Notes under the pieces: generated by a model | Databases searched by the model: none | The model's input: only the letters and a program-made list of their open reading frames with translations | What the model was told of the DNA's origin: nothing | Program-made: the position numbers and the translations under genes | Shown here: positions 59,057 to 64,000 of the stretch, piece by piece | Layout: each line of letters opens with the position of its first letter | Position numbering within the stretch: the stretch's first letter is position 1 | Assembly: GCA_021513695.1 (NCBI GenBank) | Contig: CP084166.1 | Location: 704,001-768,000 of the forward strand | DNA from: Candidatus Heimdallarchaeum aukensis | Lineage (GTDB): Archaea > Asgardarchaeota > Heimdallarchaeia > Heimdallarchaeales > Heimdallarchaeaceae | Direction: 5' to 3' | DNA: 64,000 nucleotides

Positions 59057-59908
59057 TTAAGAAGCTAGCATCACTCTTCTTGATTCAGGTCTGTATATAA
59101 CAACTCCAATCTCATGCATGAAACTTACTGCTCTTTTTACTTCAACAGCTGAAAGGTTCAATATTGCTGTTAATTCGTCTAGAGTAAGACTATTTGATTT
59201 TGAGTCCTGTAAAGCTAAAAAAACTCTTCCATGGTCGGTAGAATTTAATAGTATCCTTAAAAGTGAAGATTGCTCCTCTCTTTTTGTTTCTTGGAGCTCT
59301 TTCTCTTGTGCAATGCTTTTTTCTGTCTCTTCTTTTAATTGCTCTTTTTCTTGTTTAATTTTTTCTACTTCCTCTGTCTTTTCTTTTAATTGTCTTTCTA
59401 AATCTATTAATTTAGAAGATAAGTCGGTATTCTCAACGTTAAGTTGCTCCGTTTCTAATTTTAAGTTGTTAAATTCTCTCATCTTGACTTCAAGATCTTT
59501 TTCAATCATCACTTGTTTCTCTTTTAGTTGAGAAATTAAAGCTTCTTTTTCATCTAAAAGAGTGGTTAACCTTTTAATTTCTTTTACTTTTTTTTCTATT
59601 ACTTTGTTAAGATCTTCTAGATATGAGTTAGATTTAGACATTTCATCTTTAAGTTCTTCAATTTTTTTATCTTGTAAATTAGATCTGGAAATAATTAATT
59701 CTGAAATATCAATTATTTTGTTATTGAATGACTTTTCAGTTTCATTGATGTATTGTTTTAAATCTTCTTTGAGATCTGTTATATTTTTTGAGCTATCTTT
59801 TTTTTGAGCATCCAGTTGAATTTCAATACTCGATTTTAGTTCTGATAGTGTGTCGGAGATTTTAATTACCGATTCTAATATTTGCTCTATATCTTTACCT
59901 TTAACCAT
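59057..59908 (-). CDS. Long coiled-coil protein with C-terminal winged helix
   Basis: About 200 aa of heptad-rich E/K/L sequence are followed by a wHTH-like region (LDELTAILNLSAVEVKRAVSFMHEIGVVIY). Confidence 0.45.
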   Translation of the reverse strand: MVKGKDIEQILESVIKISDTLSELKSSIEIQLDAQKKDSSKNITDLKEDLKQYINETEKSFNNKIIDISELIISRSNLQDKKIEELKDEMSKSNSYLEDLNKVIEKKVKEIKRLTTLLDEKEALISQLKEKQVMIEKDLEVKMREFNNLKLETEQLNVENTDLSSKLIDLERQLKEKTEEVEKIKQEKEQLKEETEKSIAQEKELQETKREEQSSLLRILLNSTDHGRVFLALQDSKSNSLTLDELTAILNLSAVEVKRAVSFMHEIGVVIYRPESRRVMLAS

Positions 59909-60468
59909 ACTAATATAGAAAGTAAAAAAATATTAAAAGTTTTTTAAGGAATAATTGCAATTTTTTGTTCTATTACCTTAAAATTTTAGGAACTATAGAA
60001 CTTGAAAAAGGTAATTTAGATAAAGCAGAAAAACAACCAGAAAAAACGCTTGAATTAAATGAATATTTCACTCTTGAATGGGAAAATTTAGCTTTTGTCA
60101 GGACACAATTAGGAAATAAAAAGGAGCTAAGGAAGCAGAAAAGAAACTAAAAGAAATTTTGTCATCTTTCTTGGCTTGGAGAAGTAAAACAGGCAACAAT
60201 TATTTAAATTTGTTAGTTACTGTCCAATTCTCACTATATTACAACCCTTTTTGTAATGAGTAGAAAAATCTTCAATAAGTACATAGCTAGTTTTAATAGA
60301 AATTAAAAACGAGAAAACTCTATCTTTATGCAATAAACTATTAGGAATTTTTCTATTCTTTTTTTTATGATATTAAAAAAATAGATTATATGATTACTTG
60401 AGAAACAAAATAGTAGAAGTATGATGTTTTCGAAAAACACTAATACATAAAGAAATTGTAGGTTTATA

Positions 60469-61800
60469 ATGAAGATAATATTGTTTAAAAATAAACAGCT
60501 TTTGTTTCATTTTTTACAGATATTATTGTCTGCATTTGGTATAGGATTAGCTCGGTTACTCTTACCTTTTCGAATAATAGAGCTAGGTGGAAGCGAATCA
60601 CTAGTTTCATTTTCCTCAGTTCTTTATGCAATTGGACAAATAGGAGGATTAATTATACTTTCTAAAATGAGTGGAAAAAGAAGAGAAGCTTTCTTTATAG
60701 TTATGTTAATGTGGTTTTCAAGTTTGACAATTATGTTTTTCCCTTTTCTTTTTACAGCCGTTGTTTCTAGATTTTTTGAGGGTTTAGGTTACGGTTTACT
60801 AGTTATTGCTATACTTAATTATGCTGAAAGTTTCTTCCAAGAAAATAAAGGAGAAGTTGTAGGAACTCTATTTGGGAGTATATTTTTAGGAGGAGCAATT
60901 GGACAAGGTTTGGCAGGTTTTTTTGAGGAAAAACTATTTGGTAGTGTTGTTAATTGGATATTGACACCATTTCAAATTGTTCTATTAGTTGGAATGTGCT
61001 TTACTTTCCTTTCACTTATACTTTCTATATTTCAACTAAAAGAAATCAAAAATAAGAAAATCTTTGAGATTACTAGTATCTCTCTCCCCCATTTCCATTT
61101 TAAGAATATTAAAAACATGTTCAAATATACACCATTTTTACTTCTGTTGCTTATTTATTCTCTCTACGATTTTGCACATGGTGTATATACACCAAATCTA
61201 CCTCTAGTTCTTTCAGATCATAATATTTCCAAAATCCATATCTCACTAATTTTTTTCACGGGAGACGCTGTCTGGGGAATTGCTCAAATATTTACTGGAA
61301 AACTTGTTGACAAATTAGGTTCTTGGATTCCTATGGGATTAAGTATGCTAATAAAAGGATTAGGAGTAGCTGGATACAATTTAATATATGTATGGATTGG
61401 TGTTCTTTTCCTTTTCATTATCGTTGGAATAGGCGAATCTTTAATGGAACCAGCGAGGAATATTGCTATACTCGATATAGAAAATTATTTTGATTCAAAG
61501 TTATCTAAAAATAAAGTTATTCACGAACATAAACACTTAAACATCTCAATAAGTAGAGGACAAGGTTTTACGTTTGGAGTTCATTCACATTTACATGAGC
61601 ATAAACCAAGTAAAGAATCAATTATTATGGGGCTCCAGTTGGTGGGGATACTTTCTTTTGCACTTGGGGGAATTGTTGGAAGTATCATAATAAACTTTGG
61701 AGGAACTGCAGAGTTTCTAATATATATTGGAGCAGTCGTGTTAATTATCTCATCACTTGTCGGAGGATTGGGCCAAATAATCAAAAAAAAGAAATTTTGA
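60469..61800 (+). CDS. MFS transporter with a His-rich cytoplasmic loop
   Basis: It has 12 TM helices. The central loop is KVIHEHKHLNISISRGQGFTFGVHSHLHEHKPSKE. Confidence 0.65.
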   Translation: MKIILFKNKQLLFHFLQILLSAFGIGLARLLLPFRIIELGGSESLVSFSSVLYAIGQIGGLIILSKMSGKRREAFFIVMLMWFSSLTIMFFPFLFTAVVSRFFEGLGYGLLVIAILNYAESFFQENKGEVVGTLFGSIFLGGAIGQGLAGFFEEKLFGSVVNWILTPFQIVLLVGMCFTFLSLILSIFQLKEIKNKKIFEITSISLPHFHFKNIKNMFKYTPFLLLLLIYSLYDFAHGVYTPNLPLVLSDHNISKIHISLIFFTGDAVWGIAQIFTGKLVDKLGSWIPMGLSMLIKGLGVAGYNLIYVWIGVLFLFIIVGIGESLMEPARNIAILDIENYFDSKLSKNKVIHEHKHLNISISRGQGFTFGVHSHLHEHKPSKESIIMGLQLVGILSFALGGIVGSIIINFGGTAEFLIYIGAVVLIISSLVGGLGQIIKKKKF

Positions 61801-61894
61801 AGATTCGTAAATTAAATATTAATAGTAAAAAGTTCAAACCATTACAAGGAGAAAACTTAACTTTTTTATTTAATAAAGAATAAATTCAAGATTT

Positions 61895-62416
61895 TTATTT
61901 AACAATACCTTTTTCTAGAAGGGTTTCAAAATCCTCTTTATTCTTCTTTTTCTCTTCTAACTCTTCTACAAATCTTTTTCCGACTTTCGAGGGTTTCTTA
62001 TCTTCTCTTACATTTTTTATGAAAACAAAAACCGAAGCTAGTTGAAATAGAATAGTTACTCCTACAACTATCCATTTTAATAAATCTCTATATTGATCAC
62101 TCATTTTGGTAAAGAATAGGATGTAAATCGCAATTGGAAGATAAAAAACTGAAACTACTAAAATAGGAACTCCAAAAATTGAATAAACAAGTTCATTCCA
62201 AATGTAAGCAAATGTTGATCCTTTTCCTGTTGAAGTTACGAAATTAATTAGTTTATAAGTAAGAACCATAAAGGAAATTATTCCTATAACTGCTACTAAA
62301 ACAATTCTTATTGTGTTTCCACCTACTATAAACAGTGTGAATGAAACAACAAGAGCAAGTATCAAAAGAATTAACTTATCTCTTTTTCTTTTTTTAGCAG
62401 AATTATAACTTATCAT
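61895..62416 (-). CDS. Hypothetical membrane protein with a K/E-rich C-terminal tail
   Basis: It has 4 hydrophobic helices and a charged C-terminus. Confidence 0.4.
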   Translation of the reverse strand: MISYNSAKKRKRDKLILLILALVVSFTLFIVGGNTIRIVLVAVIGIISFMVLTYKLINFVTSTGKGSTFAYIWNELVYSIFGVPILVVSVFYLPIAIYILFFTKMSDQYRDLLKWIVVGVTILFQLASVFVFIKNVREDKKPSKVGKRFVEELEEKKKNKEDFETLLEKGIVK

Positions 62417-62619
62417 TACAACAAATCGAATGCTTTTTACTTCAATTTAAACTTATCTTTTCAAAGTTGATTCTTTTTAGCAGTTTTAAAATAATACTAA
62501 ACATACATTTTTTTCCCGACAATAATATTGACGTATTACAATTACTTTAAAAACTAATTTCTAGAATATAATTTTAGCCGACAAAAATGCTGTCAATAAA
62601 ATACAGGTGACATTTAAAA

Positions 62620-62841
62620 ATGAAGTTAGAAAATGGTTTATTCTTTGTATTGGATGCTGGTGAAGATAAATATATCTTTACTAAGCGAAAGGAAGCTATC
62701 GCCAAAATAAAAGAAGTAGTAAAAAATGGTGGCGGGCAAGAAACTAAGTTATTAGCAATAGATTGCCAAAATGATAAGTGGGCAATCACACAGGTTCCTT
62801 GGCAGGAAATAGCCTTTGAACTAATTAAAGAAGAGAAATAA
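62620..62841 (+). CDS. Small hypothetical protein upstream of the ParB-like gene
   Basis: The 73-aa product is compositionally balanced and same-strand with the downstream ParB-like gene. The overlapping minus-strand 99-aa ORF looks like an antisense artefact. Confidence 0.35.
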   Translation: MKLENGLFFVLDAGEDKYIFTKRKEAIAKIKEVVKNGGGQETKLLAIDCQNDKWAITQVPWQEIAFELIKEEK

Positions 62842-62889
62842 AGAGAGATAGCATATTTTGTCATGTGTTCCAACAGGAGATGACAAAAA

Positions 62890-63972
62890 TTGGAAATTGC
62901 AGAAATAGAAATAAAGAAAATTACTCCTAGTCCATTCCAGCCTCGAGAAACTTTTGATAAAGAGGCTTTAGAAGAACTTGCTGAATCAATAAATGAATTC
63001 GACTTATTGAATCCTATTTTAGTAAGGAGAACGGGAGAAGATTCTTATCAAATTATAGCAGGAGAACGTCGATGGAGAGCAGCTCAATTTGCAGGTTTAA
63101 AAAAGATCTCTGCAATTATTAAAGATATAGATGAAGATAGGCAAAAAATCGAATCACTTATTGAAAATGTTCACCGTCGAGACTTATTGATGATCGAAAA
63201 AGGGAGAGGAGTTTTAGAGATTTTTAGAGCTTATGGTTTTCACTTATCACCAAAAAATCTTGCTAATTTAATTAACAGTATAGAACGAAAGAAATCTAAA
63301 AACATTGCCTTAATTCCTACAGAAGAGCAAATAGATAACATAATCAAAAAGATACATGTTAAACCTAACACCATCAGATTATGGTTAGAAGCTGCTTCAG
63401 TCAACCCTGAAATCATAGAGCAAGAATTGAAGAAGCCAGATGATGAAAGAATTCCTGAAAGAATTTTATCAAGATTAAGCACTATCCAAGATGATGAACT
63501 TCAAAAGAAAGCTTATACCAAAATAATTGACCTTAATTTAAATAAAGATGAAGCTTCTAAATTTGTCTCCACAATCAAAAAACTTCCAAAAGAAGAGCAA
63601 GAAGCTGTTTTAACTAAAGGAGTACCTGTTGAAATCGTTGGAAATAAGGAAACAGGTTACTCAATTGAAGTGCCTAAAGAGAAAATAGAAGAAGTCAAAA
63701 AAACAATTGAGGTAAAGAAGAGCGCTGAAGTTTTACTTTCGCCTATAAAAGAGGAAAGACAAAGACATAGAAAGAATGTTGTCGCACATCAGAAGCTTCT
63801 TGAGCTTTTAGACGACTTATTCTGTCCCTTTACTGGTCAAAAAGCTTCTACTCACTTAAGGTGGATTTCAGACCCAAAAAAAACCTTAGAAGAAGCTTTA
63901 GAACAAGCTAAAAAGAATCTTGAAGATGCAGAAAAGAGAGAAAAAGCTGACCCTAGATTTATCGAAGAATAA
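62890..63972 (+). CDS. ParB/Srx-fold (ParB-like nuclease N-terminal domain) protein with extended helical C-terminus; TTG start
   Basis: The N-terminal domain has ITPSPFQPRE...NPILVRR...YQIIAGERRWRAAQFAG. SD-like aggaga lies 11 nt upstream of TTG 62890. Confidence 0.7.
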   Translation: MEIAEIEIKKITPSPFQPRETFDKEALEELAESINEFDLLNPILVRRTGEDSYQIIAGERRWRAAQFAGLKKISAIIKDIDEDRQKIESLIENVHRRDLLMIEKGRGVLEIFRAYGFHLSPKNLANLINSIERKKSKNIALIPTEEQIDNIIKKIHVKPNTIRLWLEAASVNPEIIEQELKKPDDERIPERILSRLSTIQDDELQKKAYTKIIDLNLNKDEASKFVSTIKKLPKEEQEAVLTKGVPVEIVGNKETGYSIEVPKEKIEEVKKTIEVKKSAEVLLSPIKEERQRHRKNVVAHQKLLELLDDLFCPFTGQKASTHLRWISDPKKTLEEALEQAKKNLEDAEKREKADPRFIEE

Positions 63973-64000
63973 TCTTCTCTTTTTTTTAAGGTATAATTTC

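Noticed and set aside
62574-62873. 99-aa minus-strand ORF overlapping the small plus-strand gene upstream of ParB
   Set aside because: It has a low-complexity, Ser/Phe/Ile-rich translation, and the plus-strand frame gives a more protein-like product co-oriented with parB-like. Only one of the two can be real, and I favour the plus-strand frame.

Overview
This is an AT-rich (~30% GC) 64-kb window that is densely coding, with about 58 protein genes; no rRNA, tRNA, CRISPR array, transposase or integrase is visible. Gene content points to an anaerobic, probably archaeal organism: an XPB helicase with its Bax1-type nuclease partner, AOR with a polyferredoxin, rubrerythrin, FeoAB, the DUF134/NifX-like/MinD-ferredoxin cluster and PAS/7TM histidine kinases with an HDLxN H-box. 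Shine-Dalgarno motifs are sparse, TATA-like A/T boxes sit about 25-30 nt upstream of several start codons, and GTG/TTG starts are frequent. Taxonomy is still uncertain, because RNase III, DegV and the ABC exporters are bacterial-flavoured. Other identifiable genes include a heterodimeric ABC exporter, RNase III, an M19 dipeptidase, the serA/class-V aminotransferase pair, two two-component sensors, paired ArsB/NhaD-like permeases, a sirtuin, a glutaredoxin-thioredoxin reductase fusion, a DAGK-family lipid kinase and a ParB-like protein. The main observations are these. (1) A near-perfect 2.46-kb tandem duplication (22801-27722) leaves one full and one truncated copy each of a DUF1015 gene and an AOR gene. 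(2) The solute-binding protein family 5 gene at 33619-35271 is circularly permuted, and its signal peptide and ATG are hidden by an apparent +1 homopolymer error in an A9 run. (3) A 3.8-kb co-oriented cluster encodes two MinD-like ATPases carrying 2x[4Fe-4S] inserts, two NifX/NifB-C-like proteins (one with an HDHDHDH tail), two DUF134 regulators and a Gly/Tyr/Arg-rich low-complexity protein. (4) A Usp-domain protein carries a roughly 300-aa E/K-rich tail, predicted to be a single alpha-helix, encoded partly by exact 72-nt tandem repeats. (5) A 963-nt ORF running off the window start is absent from the ORF track and encodes a multi-TM histidine-kinase-like protein. The first 22 kb is transcribed almost entirely from the minus strand.
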